DNA from: Trichodelitschia bisporula
Lineage: Eukaryota
Assembly (NCBI GenBank): GCA_010356995.1
Contig: ML996703.1
Coordinates: 558,001-622,000, forward strand
Reading direction: 5' to 3'
DNA: 64,000 nucleotides
The translations under genes were made by a program, and so were the position numbers. How positions within the stretch are numbered: position 1 is the first letter of the stretch; every line of letters starts with the position of its first letter. The notes below the pieces were generated by a model. That model saw only the letters and a list, made by a program, of their open reading frames with translations, ran no database searches and had not been told where the DNA came from. Of the stretch, positions 52,333-64,000 are shown piece after piece.

Positions 52333-53181
52333 AGAAGTTTGGTGGCATGTTCATTGGAAAGCTGGGTAACCGGGTTAGTGTTGTTAACCATTAGCGTGCA
52401 TTGCGGCGGAGTTGAATGTTCACTTTCATTCGAGGATATGCTTAAGTCCCGAGAGCGACTTCTACATTCTTCTGATGGCATGTTGCCTAGGACTCCAGTC
52501 ATAAAGGAAGGACTGGGTTGCCGATGTCTATTGTGAAGATGTGCGGCCTTGTGATGATGCCCCGATCTTTCTGTGGGCGGTCCGGAGCGGGTTTTTGTAC
52601 ATGAACTCATTCGGTTGGTGATGACAATTATGGTTCATGATCATCGAGAATGAACAACTGATATCCGTTTCCAACTCATTTGTCTTTGACAAATATTCAG
52701 AAAGGTACTAGGATGATTTGACGTTTTGGGTCATGCTTGCGGCCTTTCGGCCGGACCTGTTGCCAAGCTTCAAATGCACTAGTGTCTATGCGCACGGATC
52801 ACACAATAAGGTTATGGCCACGTCCCTCCGCCAGCATGCTCAGGTAAAGCAGCCATGACTTTTTCGAGTGGCCCTTGGCCCAAGGGGCCCCTCCACCAGC
52901 AAAAGCAAAACAAGCGAACAGTTCAGTCAAGTGGCATTTATGCTGTCATACACCACCACCTAACCTCCAGGTACAGTAAAGCATTTCAACATACCCGCAT
53001 ACCACTTGCAAGGCCATCCGCTGCAAACCTCACGCTCCCTGTCTCCTTCGCCGGAAGGCCGCCACTCAGCAAACGCACATCTGTTCACCTCTAGCTTCCT
53101 TGTGAGCAGTCTCTTGTCACCGACAAGCCGAGGGTCAAACTGACCATAGTGCCAGGAGGCCATCCCACTCCTTACCTCATC

Positions 53182-53982
53182 ATGGACTCGATGCGTTCTC
53201 TTAATACATCCTTGCCATCGGCTTCGTCGCCGCGGTCCCGAGTGCAGCCGTCGGAAAAGCTGTTGCAGGCCTTCAAAGAGGCCGCTTTGACTGTTACGAA
53301 CCTCTACAAGACCGCCGCCTCGGAACGCACTCTGACGTTTGAGGCTGGCTACCAAGAGGCGCTGCGGGATATGTTAGAGTTGCTCGACAAGAAAACTCAG
53401 GACGTCCAGGACGGCGATGGCCGGGCTATCCGTCAGTGGTTGACGGAGCGATACCACGGGAATCTGGCGGCGACCCAGTCTTCTAGCGAGAGCGAGGAGG
53501 AGGATGATGAAGAAAATCGTGCGCGCAGTTCGTCTCCTGCTACGCATACGAAGACCGCTCCGACCACATCTCAACCTGCTACCCGTCCCGAAGCAATCCA
53601 AGTGGAGTGCGCAGGCCCGTTCAAGGGAGATAGCGATGAATCGTGTGATACAAGCACAACGGCTCATCCAGTTCATGCCGTCATATCAGTTCCACAAGTG
53701 GACTTCTCGTTCCGATCATCCGTACAGCTCCCATCGCCCTCCGACCATGACATGGACGCGAACGGCGGACACAACACAGTTCAAGTTAACCTGATGCAGC
53801 GGCCAACACGCTCATCAACGCGTCATAGTGCACGTCACTCCGGACGGTCATCGGCTGCGCAAGGAACGTTAGGTACTGGCGCTGGCATGAAGCGCCGGGG
53901 TGTCTGGAACGACTTTTTCGACATCAGCGGAATGCACGGCAAGGATCGCGAGGGTGGTGGCAAGCGAGGCAGATTCACATGA
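53182..53982 (+). CDS. Conserved fungal protein, HAPSTR1/C16orf72 (DUF4588)-like
   Basis: MDSMRSLNTSLP, LLQAFKEAALTVTNLYK and AGYQEAL helical motifs, basic C-terminus GKRGRF; single exon. Confidence 0.7.
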   Translation: MDSMRSLNTSLPSASSPRSRVQPSEKLLQAFKEAALTVTNLYKTAASERTLTFEAGYQEALRDMLELLDKKTQDVQDGDGRAIRQWLTERYHGNLAATQSSSESEEEDDEENRARSSSPATHTKTAPTTSQPATRPEAIQVECAGPFKGDSDESCDTSTTAHPVHAVISVPQVDFSFRSSVQLPSPSDHDMDANGGHNTVQVNLMQRPTRSSTRHSARHSGRSSAAQGTLGTGAGMKRRGVWNDFFDISGMHGKDREGGGKRGRFT

Positions 53983-54554
53983 GCTAGGCTCATAAGTCTG
54001 GCGTTCGGGTCGGCATCTTGGCAAGGAGTTAACTGCATAGCTTTGGCGTTCTTGAGCATATGGACTAGTGGTGGGGACAGGAGCATTGAGCGCAGTCGGT
54101 TGTACATATGGCATGGGAGCAATTCTCGGAGTTATCATCTTTCGAAACTTTTGGCGCTTCCGTCCGGCGGTACTGGATGTATCTTGTTAACCGCACGTCA
54201 CATATACCCCATCGTTGATATTTTGATAATTAAAGTCTATAGCTTCTCGAACGCTTGTCTACAGGTCATATTCCGTTAGTCGCTAACTAATCCATTTAAG
54301 CAGCGCATTAAGCATCTCATGTGCTACCGGAACTCCATGTTACCCGGTCCACATGCTAACCACACGTAATGAAGTCCAAACCCCGTTTCTCGCTCTGTGT
54401 GAGATGTCGACCATGATAGTTCGTATTTATGGGCCCAGATGATCCGAACCAAAAGTTGAATGCAATGCCAGTTTGAAAAAGGTCGCTTAAAGATATTCGT
54501 GTGTAGACATATGTAGTACTCCAAAGTTGATACGTGGACGAATCATGTGATGCT

Positions 54555-54986
54555 TCAGAGCCAGAGCCAGACGCCGTTGCGCAACTCGCGGCCTATGGAC
54601 AGCGCAATAGACTCTGTGCTTGCATCAGCATCTTATCGAAATTTCCTGTCAAGGAAAACTATCCGCCAGCGCAAAAACGTACCGATGGACGACCGCCTGC
54701 TAGGATCAAGACTCTTCTTCTCAACAATATCATCCCATGTTGAAATAGCCACTGTAGAAGTTGAGCCGAAGCTGAATTTGCGAAGCTCGTTATAGAGGGG
54801 AGGACGATCAGCAAGGCGCTGACAGGACCGACACATCGCGTCGCTGTTCGCCATCCCCAGAAGCTCCTTGTACAGACAACCCAGCTGGTGCCCATCGGAG
54901 GTGCGTGAGCGGACGCATGGCTCGCCAATGAAGCGTTCGGGTCCCCAGTGGCCGCAGGTGTGCAATATGTGTTCCATGTGACACAT
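54555..54986 (-). CDS. Small Cys/His-rich protein (MC-x8-CGH...C...C...CxxC); probable intron 54632-54682
   Basis: N-terminal MCHMEHILHTCGHW...EPC...GC...MCRSC. A GTACGT...TTGAC...AAG intron gives a 126-aa product; the unspliced ORF ends at 54633 (117 aa). Confidence 0.7.
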
Positions 54987-57383
54987 CGCGAGGCAGACGT
55001 TGGCCCAGTAATGACTGCGGAGGCGGGGTCAAGGTGATGTGGAGGCCGGAGTGGTCTTGTCAGGCAGCACCTTCGGTGGATTAAATTAAAAGAAGGGTGC
55101 GCCTTTGTGAACGTGGGATTTTGAAGTGAGTTGGTGTGTTGTGATGAATGTGAGCACTGCCTGGTGGAGAGTGAGGGTGGTGGATGAGAGAGTGGGACGG
55201 TCCGTGTCGTAGGACCCTGGGTCAAAATCAGGGTGAAGCGCCCTACAAGCCGGACTGTACGATGCAGGCGGTAGATGCAAACATATACTCCACGACGAGC
55301 GATCGCTTTCCGCGGTGAAAGTGGCCCGTGAAGTTTGTACGGCCACTGAAAGGTTGGTGAGCAAAAACCGGTGAAAGCGAAAGTGAAGGGCGAAGTTGCA
55401 AACCAATGGAAGGTGGCATGAAGTCCAATCGATGATCAAGGTGCAAACAGTTGTTGTCTATTCGATGAATATGAAGAGGTCATGATAGGCGGCGATTCGG
55501 CCGTGATACCGGCTGATCGGTGGATGGTCGGATCTGATCTTAACTCCCTAGCTTGCGGCCCGAAGCGGTGCACACGCAGATAGAAATATCGGACTGCAAC
55601 TGGGTCACTGAAGTTCTGACTCCAAGGGTGCCCTCGCTCGTTGGTTGGACTCCTCAGCAAGTTTCGCTCTGAAGGTGATGGGCTCGTTACTAGTATCAGG
55701 GAGCGAGTTGCATGGGCTTGCACGGCTGAGCCCCAAGGGTCGAAAGGATCTGAGCCGCACTGAGATGCGGAGAGCAGCAGGTTCGTATGGCAAACAGTAT
55801 TAGCAAAGAATTCCAACTGCTTTACAAACCGAGGTGCCGAACTTCATCACGGGCATCAGAGTGGAGACAATCAGTTCATTAAAATCCGATGTCATCGTTG
55901 GAATTCAAATGGCTATTCATGAGGGAGTTAGAGCTGGAACGATAAATGAGCAAGGGAGAGGGAAAGTATGACTTGAGGGACAAGGCTGAAGCCGGTTACA
56001 AGGTAAACAACTACGGAGAGAAGACCTGCAGAAAAAAAAAAGCAGAATAGAACTTGCCTGGTTATAATAGGACTTTGCGTGCCCGCTTCTCACGGCACTG
56101 GGAATGAAACCTTGCCACAAAGCTTTATGCGTGCAAAGCCGTAGGCGCTTGATATCTGGCCCGGCTTCTCGAACTCGCCTTAAGTCCGCCCTCTGATATA
56201 CACGATAGAAGGCCCAGGCGAGGCTGCATGGTAACTTGACTAAGAGCCTAGACTGAAAGTTTAAACGAAAAAGCTGTTAGCCAGTGCCTGTGGAAGGTTC
56301 GGTGGCTTTAGAAGGGCTGATATAGAGGGGCTTAGAGTCAATGTGGGGGGTGGGGGAAAGAGATGACGTCTGCTGTGAAGACGGACTTAGTGTGGGTTAA
56401 GTCCGCAGGCTGTCTTACCGTAGTATGCTTCAAGGAATCCCTGCGTGCAACATGGCTTGTGAGTCATAAGACTCGATATCCCAAGAGGAAAATCAGCAGT
56501 AAAACGGACGAGAAAGACGGGAACTATAGTGAGAGCGCTCGATGGAAGTGATGGAGTGGTGTTGCTCAGGAGATTCCGCAGTCATGATGGAGCCCCTTGG
56601 CGAGGGGCGCAGAGCTAAAGGACTGCAAGGGTTAGTGAAGTCATACGGGTTGCGCAACAACTTCTTTTGCTCTCTTATGAACAACCACTGTCCGCACCCA
56701 CTCCACCACCAAGCCATCTGATCGACGGTCAGTTATATACCCAGCCTCCCCCCCCCCCCTTCGCACCCCCGGAGAGACTTTGCGCTCTTTACACAAACTG
56801 TTTCGCCCTTGCTCCTCGCCGCTGCAGACAACTCTGCGACCCCGCGCCCTCCACTCCACGAGGGACCGTTAAAACCCCCTCTTCAGATTACTACTCCTCT
56901 GGAAACATCGCTTTAGCAGGTATGCTCTTCCAGTGCCATTGCGGCCGCCAAAGCTAAGAGAAACCCTGAGTGAAGAGCGCCCAAAATCTGCCCTTGTCTG
57001 AACCACCCTCGAACTACGACCCCCCTCACCTCAACCCCAGGATTCCGTAAAGCAAGATACTCGGCTCCGACAAAGGTTTATGATCTCACCTTGCCTTGAT
57101 TTCCTTCGAGGCCAATTCGATAGAAGTTTGAAAGCTATCCGCCTTTCCCCATTCGACGTACTCCGCAAAGAGCGGTGTCGAAGCCAATAGAACCGCGATA
57201 CCGAGGGGAACAGACGAAACAGATCGCTTGGGCAAGCGTTGCAAGGCGCAGAAACCTGGTTCGTCCGCGCTTTGTCAGCGTGGCTGCCTGAATTAGCCCG
57301 TGCATCTCAGGACATAAATCCCAAGCTCTCCGAATCCCTCAATTTGCGCCCTATCGTCGAGTTCCCTGACCCCGCAATTCGCA

Positions 57384-60310
57384 ATGGCGCCAACACCCCC
57401 GTCCACGACTTCTTCCAGTACCGGCCACTCACCAGACGGGCAGTTCCGTGTTGTCCGTAAGCGGAACCGTATCCCGTTATCCTGTGCACCGTGTAGACAT
57501 CGGAAGTGAGTTTCCTTCTCTTTTTTCCATTTCCATCGATCGCGTCGCCAATCATCGCAGATTCTTTTCGTTTCGGAGCACGATCTGACTCTGTACAGGC
57601 TCAGGTGCAATCGCGGACACCCTTGCGACAATTGTACGAAAAGGGGCGATTTAGACTCTTGTACATATGCCTCGCCTGGACAACGCAAGAAGGGAAGCCC
57701 AAGCAGCAACTCTAGCGGAACCCCAGATGAAATGCAAAATCGAATCGACCGATTGGAGAGCTTGGTACTTTCACTCATGACCAATGGTTCGCAATCTACG
57801 GGACGCACAGCTGCCAACGCAGCTTTGGACTGTGTGCGTACGTCGAGTAGCATTAGCGGAAGCTCGTCCAATTACCCCCTCGACGTTGAGAGCATAAAGG
57901 AGGAGATCGACAGTCCTGAGACGGAAGGGGACGAGATGGACCATGTGGCGAAGGCCATTGGCTTCATGAAGGTCGACAATAACAGGAATATCTTTGCCTC
58001 CGAAGCCCACTGGTACTCTATCTTGGCGGAGGTGGGTGGTTCCCCCCCCTCGCACAGTCCCTTCTAATGAAGCCTTTAGATCGTAGAGGTGAAGGCATAC
58101 TTTTCGGAACACAAGAAACAGTACGAGGAGCAGTACTCTCGGATGGTGGAGCGGGCGAACGAACGTCATAGCAGCTTTGGAACAGGCTTGTTTTTTGGTG
58201 TTGATCGACCGACATCCGCAGAAGAGATACGCGCCGCATTCCCACCCAAAGCCACTACCGACAAGTTGATTGCTCGCTTTTTCAACACCTACAATTACGA
58301 TCCTGCTTTCCGTGAGTCAACTATCAGCATATGCTATCAGTGCTAACGATATCTTAGACGTAATACATGGGCCAACGTACCAAAAACAAGTGAGCGAAGC
58401 AGCCTTTTTTGTTGATGTAGTACTAATCATGGTATCAGTACGATCAGCATTGGCAGAATCCAGGCGATACACCCATAATCTGGTTAGCTATGACCTTTAC
58501 TATGATCGCGATAGCTTTGCAGTCGTACATTCGAGCCGGTGAGGGGCCTCCGGAGTTTCGGGACCGGACCATGCAGATGCTGCAAGATTACCGACGCCTC
58601 ATTGCCCAATGCCTTCAGCTCGCCAACATCACCTCTCCCATCAACTGCATGATCGAAACACTCATTCTGTGCCTCATTTCCGAGTTTGCATGCAGCCGAG
58701 ACGCTGAAACCACCGTCCTCTTGGGGTTCAGTGTTGTTGTGCGCCTTGCGATGAAGATGGGATACCATAGAGATGCAAAATATTACCCGATAATCACTCC
58801 TTTCCAAGGCGAGATGAGGCGACGGGTATGGTCCGTCTTACGCCAGGCCGATCTCTTGTTTTCCACTCAGATGGGCCTACCTCCGATGATTCGTTCCACG
58901 GACATGAACTCCGAATTGCCGCGGAATATTTACGATGATGAAATTTTCGAAGACATGAAGGCGCTACCGCCCTCGAGGCCAATGTCAGAGCCTACTCCCA
59001 TGTGCTACGTGATATACAAGGGACAACTGATTTCGATGCTGGGGCGAATTGTGGAAGCGGTCCAAAACCTCGAATCACCATCTTACGACGTAGTGATGAG
59101 ACTCGATCAACAACTGCGTGAAGTCTACACGAACATTCCACCAATCTTCAAGATACGATCGATGGACGAATCGCTCGGAGACCCCGCGGCTCTGGTCATG
59201 CAACGCTATATCCTCGATCTTCTGTTCCACAAGTCCCAGCTGGTGCTGCATCGAAAGTTCATAGCAACCGCCTGCGGCAATCTTCGGCATGTGTACTCCC
59301 GCAAGGCCTGCATCAATAGCGGTCTGGTAATTCTCAAACATCAGTCGCTTTTGCACAGCGAATCGCGCCCTGGCGGGCGCTTACACACCGTACGCTGGTT
59401 TGTCTCCTCGTTGACGAACCATGACTTCCTCCTCGCAGCCATGGTCATCTCTATCGCTTTGTACAACGCCGCCGAAGCCGAGCGGACGGGCCGGCGCTCC
59501 TCCACAGCCACGGACCCGGACTGCGGAAAGGAACGCTGCTCCGAGATGGCTATGGCCCTCGAAACGGCCGCTAAGATCTGGGACTCGCTGCGGGATGAAA
59601 GCATCGAGGCACTCAAAGCTTCATACCTGCTTCAGTCTATCCTGACGAAGCTCCGCCGACACGAGGAACAGTTTTATCACACTCGACAGCAGCAGCCGCA
59701 GCAAGCGTATCCAAGCGGCCCCACTTTAACGACTTCGCCCCCCCGCTTTGCTCCGTCTGTTGACGAGTCCAACGTGGCCCCAGAGCACTCAGCAGCCATG
59801 ACACTGGGAATGCTGAGCACGGGTGCCCTGTCACCTAACACCGGCGGGCTGTACACTGGCTTTGGAAGCAGCGACTCGGTTTCACAGCCGCAGGGACCGC
59901 CGCTCGGCTCACAGTTCCTTGGCACAGGTGAAGGGCTGGCGAGTGCACCGAGCCCGTTTTCATCACTTTTTGGGTCCGGTACTGGGTTTTTTGACGCGGG
60001 GCTGCCGTCTAGCGGTATCGATTGGGTAAATTATAATGGTTGTGAGGAAATTTTTCATACTGACTGCTTTCAGGATACTCTTGACTCGTACATCCAGACC
60101 GCGACCGTGGACAACGCTGGGGGTGGCTGGCCAATGAACATGGACTTGGGCACTCCGAGTGGGCTGCCGAACCAGGGGCAGCTGAGCGATGAGTTGGATC
60201 CTTTGGATGCGGCGGGACGGCAGCAGCAGCAACAGCAGGGTGGGGGTGGGTTTATGGCGGGCAATGTGTTCTCGGGGATGAGTGTGCAGCCGAGAAGCAT
60301 GCCTTATTGA
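57384..60310 (+). CDS. Zn(II)2Cys6 transcription factor with fungal-specific TF (MHR) domain; 5-6 exons
   Basis: RKRNRIPLSCAPCRHRK/LRCNRGHPCDNCTKRGDLDSCTY, NRIDRLESLV coiled coil, RLAMKMGYHRD, GEMRRRVW and LPRNIYDDE. Confidence 0.93.
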
Positions 60311-61898
60311 AAGTCCTGAACAGATTCCCGAAGAGGCGGGAGCTTTTCTGCCATGGCTGTATCTTGGTTCACCATGTACACCTGCGGCTTGGGCGGGATG
60401 GTGTTCATGGTCTCGGGCGATCAGATGGGGGCTTCACTTTCATGGCAAGTGTGCCAGGGCTCTGACGGTTTCATAATGGCTTATGAGAGGACTACGAATG
60501 GTCGCGCTTTTCGAGATACCATTGGGAGGAGATGTCGGTGTACAATTTTAGCGAGCGAGCGTTTATCGCTTACGGTCTTTGACGTAAAAAAGCGAGCGCG
60601 ATGATTTGATGATCTTTTGGGGCCGAATCTACACTCTCAGTCAATGACGGTTGATTTAAACTATCTGCTAGTCGCCGAACGCTTGCACGTGCCGATTGGT
60701 TGCTGGGCTACTAGTTCTAATGTTCCTTTGATGTCATCCTGGTCCGCGCGTTGCGGTGGGGATAACTGGCTGGGGGTTACTGACCGGGTGGGCTTAACCG
60801 CGAAAGTCTGGGTGGGGAACGTCCAGCCTGAACCGAAACCGATGACACGTCCTCAGCATCAATCGAGCCGTCGCAAGTCGACCATGATAAGGCACATGCC
60901 GATGCGAAACCCGTTCCAAAGCGGCCGCGAGGAAGTGAAGTCTAGACCGGCATATGAGCCCATCCACCAGAAGCTCTTTCAATCCAGGACGTTCCTCGCT
61001 TACGTTGGTCACCCAAACACCGGCAAGGAAACAAGCAAGCAGGTATGTCTCAACAAAAATCTTGTATTACAACTGTGCTAAGGGGGTTGTCTCGCGCCTT
61101 TGTTGCCTCGCAGCAAAAGAGAAGCAGCGGCGGGGAAACAAGTGGTGTAGTAAAAACAAGCGCGTGAGGTGTATATCAGGGGTATTGGGGGGAATGATGT
61201 GAAGCGTCAACAGGCGTGCAGGCGTGTCCCCCGATTTCCCCCTATGCCGTCTCCGTCCCGCCTCCGTCCAAACTGATCCGGTAAATAGGCTAAAGGTGAA
61301 AGCCAAAGAGTAGCACGAGAGAGAGATCCATATAGTTACAGCTTTGGAGATGAGCGTGGAGAAAGAAAAAGGGCTTGACGAATTCTCCCAGAAAGGCCCC
61401 ACGACAGATGACAACAATATAGGTGTGAGTTTCTTGACTGGGGCAAGAAAGAGCGCAAGATGTGTTCCATTTTTAGACTCTTTCCTTGACTCCAGCAAGA
61501 TCCGGGGGAGCCCCACAGAAAAGGGAAAACAAAATGAGAGAAAAAATGCCATCATCCAGAGGCTGACCCCCAGATGTAAATCCCGCCCTGTGCACCATCC
61601 CCCTTAACCCGCCGCCAGCCGCCCAAGTTAAGCCGTTTCCCGTCCGTGAGTCCATGCATGCCCAATTCAGTGAGCGTATCCGATGAGGCCGGGGGAATCT
61701 AACAAGTAACGCAGCAGAAATCAATTCAAAGGTAAACACGACAACTGGGTGAACACGTAAAGAAGACAAATCGCTGTCATGACGGTCATAACAAATTCCA
61801 GGCCGGTCGGGCCCGAAAACCAGTGAACCCCCCGAGTTCGATTGGAAAGGAAATTAGGACAGAGCGCGTAGGATACCCAAGGACCAGTTGACTCGCAT

Positions 61899-62891
61899 TC
61901 AGTCGCTGATGTCATCGTCATCGTCGTCCGCACTTGTGCTTGGCTGCTTCACTGGGCCGCCCGTTTTTGTGCGCTTGTGGTTACCGCCTCCCGTACCGGT
62001 CGATTTGCGCTTCTGTCCACCGGTGCTCTTCTGGCCAGTGCCGTTTGCCTTGTTCGCACCGTCGCTGACGGGCCCGTTGGAGTCCTGGTTCCTCTTGCGG
62101 TCCAACTCTGCAACCTCTTCCGAAGTGAGAAACCTTCCACCTGGACCACGCGGCCGGCGCATCGCATGGTTGTGTCTTGATTCGTGCAGGTATGGCTTAC
62201 GCGCCTTGGAGGTTAAGCGTAACTGTTCCTCGAGCTTCTGCCTAGCTAGGCGTCTTTTCAATATCCGATGGAACTGCTTCGCGTTCACATAGAGGGGCGC
62301 CTCTTCGGCGGCTCCGGCGACCACTTCCGGTGACTGCGCGTGCTGCGACACCGTTGCAGCCGTTGGTGGTTGCATAGTCGCTGTTGAGGGCCTGGCTGCA
62401 TTCATAACTGGTTGCGACTGTTGAAGGACAGGGCTCGTGTTGGCGTGGCTCATTCGTCGTCCCGGAATCTGGTGTTGCAGACCGCCCGACGGCGGTGACC
62501 GATTCCCTCGCGCATCGACCTTGTTGTCGTGGTTTACATATCCTTGATTGGGCATCGGATAGTAATGCTGGCCAGATGCGGCAGCCGTCGCCATCGCCGC
62601 GGCAGCCTGCGTCGTCGACAGCGAATACTGTTGCATAGGCTGAACGCCATATGCAGGATTGTATGGAAGAGGCTGGTGATGGTGACTGGAGGAGGTTTGC
62701 GCGGGATGCTGAGCATAAGGGTGGCCTTGCGACATGAGCGGTGATGTTTGAGACGGCGGGTGAAGTTGTTGTTGGTTAGGTGATGTTATTGTCGACGCGC
62801 CATTCTGTGCCGATGGGTACGGGCCCTGGAGATGTGCTTGAGGATGGTGCGCATTGTGCGGCTGCTGCTGAGGAAAGCTTGCGTACTCCAT
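61899..62891 (-). CDS. hapB: CCAAT-binding complex subunit HapB/Hap2 (NF-YA)
   Basis: [26 protein letters not shown]...[26 protein letters not shown], with Q/H/P-rich N-terminus. Confidence 0.96.
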   Translation of the reverse strand: MEYASFPQQQPHNAHHPQAHLQGPYPSAQNGASTITSPNQQQLHPPSQTSPLMSQGHPYAQHPAQTSSSHHHQPLPYNPAYGVQPMQQYSLSTTQAAAAMATAAASGQHYYPMPNQGYVNHDNKVDARGNRSPPSGGLQHQIPGRRMSHANTSPVLQQSQPVMNAARPSTATMQPPTAATVSQHAQSPEVVAGAAEEAPLYVNAKQFHRILKRRLARQKLEEQLRLTSKARKPYLHESRHNHAMRRPRGPGGRFLTSEEVAELDRKRNQDSNGPVSDGANKANGTGQKSTGGQKRKSTGTGGGNHKRTKTGGPVKQPSTSADDDDDDISD

Positions 62892-63907
62892 GGGTGGGGT
62901 TGGGCGCAGATATGACCTCGTATTGGCTGAATGAGTGTACGATACACCGCGATGGCGTCTCGCTTGAGCGGAAGGCGCGTCAAGGAAGGAATGCGAGAGG
63001 TGAGTCGCGAATTAAGGTTGCGTGTGGGTTGGCGGTGGGGTCGCGAAGGAGTGGAGGTTTCTGCCAGCAGGAGCTCTCCAACAGTGTGACGCGTTTAAGG
63101 TGAAATGGTTATGCGCGCGAATCGAGAAGTCGTTGGACGCGGCGGCGGCTGTTGGGAGTGGGGTTGGAGGGCGGGGTGCGTGCGACTCAGGAAGCAGATG
63201 AGACGAAGATTGCGCGGATACGCGGGTAGTGTAGTTTGCGCGTGTGGGTGGGTGGATGCAGGCGGAAGTGGGTGGAGGGCGGGAGAGGGTTGTGTGTGGT
63301 GTGAGGCGGTGCGCGTTTTCGGGAGGCTCGGGGAGGGCGGGACTGGGGGAGGAGGCTCGGGAAGTGAGGAGCGGGCAGAAGGGAGGGGGGGGTTGTAGTG
63401 GTGGGAAGCGGCGGAACTTTGTGGATAAGTTAGGCGCGGACGCGCGACTGCGCCTCTTGTCAATACAGAGAGGTGAGAGAGGCGGAGGGAGGGGAGGGGG
63501 GGGAGGGGGGGGGGTAGGCTGGGCTAGGTTGTTTCGACAGAAAAGGCTGTCCTGGACGAACCGGTTCGCAATGTGTCGTAAGTGCCGTTTTGGTGCCTTG
63601 ATCCCCTGGTGGTCGAGCAGTAAAGGTAAGAAAAGAGGTCTGACGACTGTGAATGGGTCAAATTGCTTTTAGATCTGGAAGGGAAAGCCCAATTATTGTT
63701 AGCATGATCGACAAGTTCCGAGTGAGGCAGGGCGGGTGGGGAGGCGGGCATGTGCTGGCGGGACAGCGATTGGACTTGATGCGCTGGCACTGCAGGCCGC
63801 CTGCAAAGCCTGCAAAAAAAAGCCTTTGCAAGGCAGGGTGTCCACGTCAAGAAGCGCGAGATCTGCGTACACGCCGGGGGATGTGTATTGGAGAAGGGAG
63901 TGAGAGC

Positions 63908-63935
63908 AGTAGTAGTAATGATGATGATGATGATG
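63908..63935. repeat. Compound trinucleotide microsatellite (AGT)n(ATG)n
   Basis: agtagtagta atgatgatgatgatgatg directly visible. Confidence 0.8.
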
Positions 63936-64000
63936 TAGTCATTGAAGTGACAACAGTCGCAAAGAGAAGAGAAGAAAAGAAAGCGTGCTCTGGTGCGCAT

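Noticed and set aside
52551..52662. C/D-box snoRNA-like arrangement (GTGATGA twice, then CTGA)
   Set aside because: No terminal stem and no convincing rRNA-complementary guide recognisable; would need snoscan or Infernal.
63481..63515. G-rich tract with G-quadruplex potential
   Set aside because: It is the complement of an ordinary pyrimidine-rich promoter tract of hapB; no evidence of specific function.
1..64000. tRNA, rRNA, transposon, RIP-degraded repeat, CRISPR array or biosynthetic gene cluster
   Set aside because: No cloverleaf or T-loop context, transposase or RT motifs, terminal repeats, AT-rich blocks or PKS/NRPS domains were seen.

Overview
This is 64 kb of intron-rich, GC-rich filamentous ascomycete (Pezizomycotina) genomic DNA. 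Introns are short (40-165 nt), GT..AG, with CTRAC-type branch points. About 21 protein-coding loci can be reconstructed: a Hol1-like MFS transporter, a frameshifted BTB-like gene, D-lactate dehydrogenase, RPS4, PalI/Rim9, ATG29, a double-Myb telobox (Tay1/Teb1-like) protein, a 2-Cys peroxiredoxin, an acetyl-CoA transporter, Yos9, an NPP1-like phosphodiesterase, a small spliced Zn-ribbon gene, PI-PLC, a MOSC protein, a membrane alpha/beta-hydrolase-fold protein, PPE1, UTP23, DUF726, a HAPSTR1/DUF4588-like protein, a small Cys-rich protein, a Zn2Cys6 transcription factor and HapB. I found no tRNA, rRNA, transposon, CRISPR array or secondary-metabolite cluster, and no convincing new multi-gene system. 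The best leads are two small Cys-rich microproteins (one visible only after splicing), a BTB-like gene broken at two homopolymer runs, a probable pseudo-hydrolase, and several splicing oddities. All family calls are from motif recognition by eye, not database searches.
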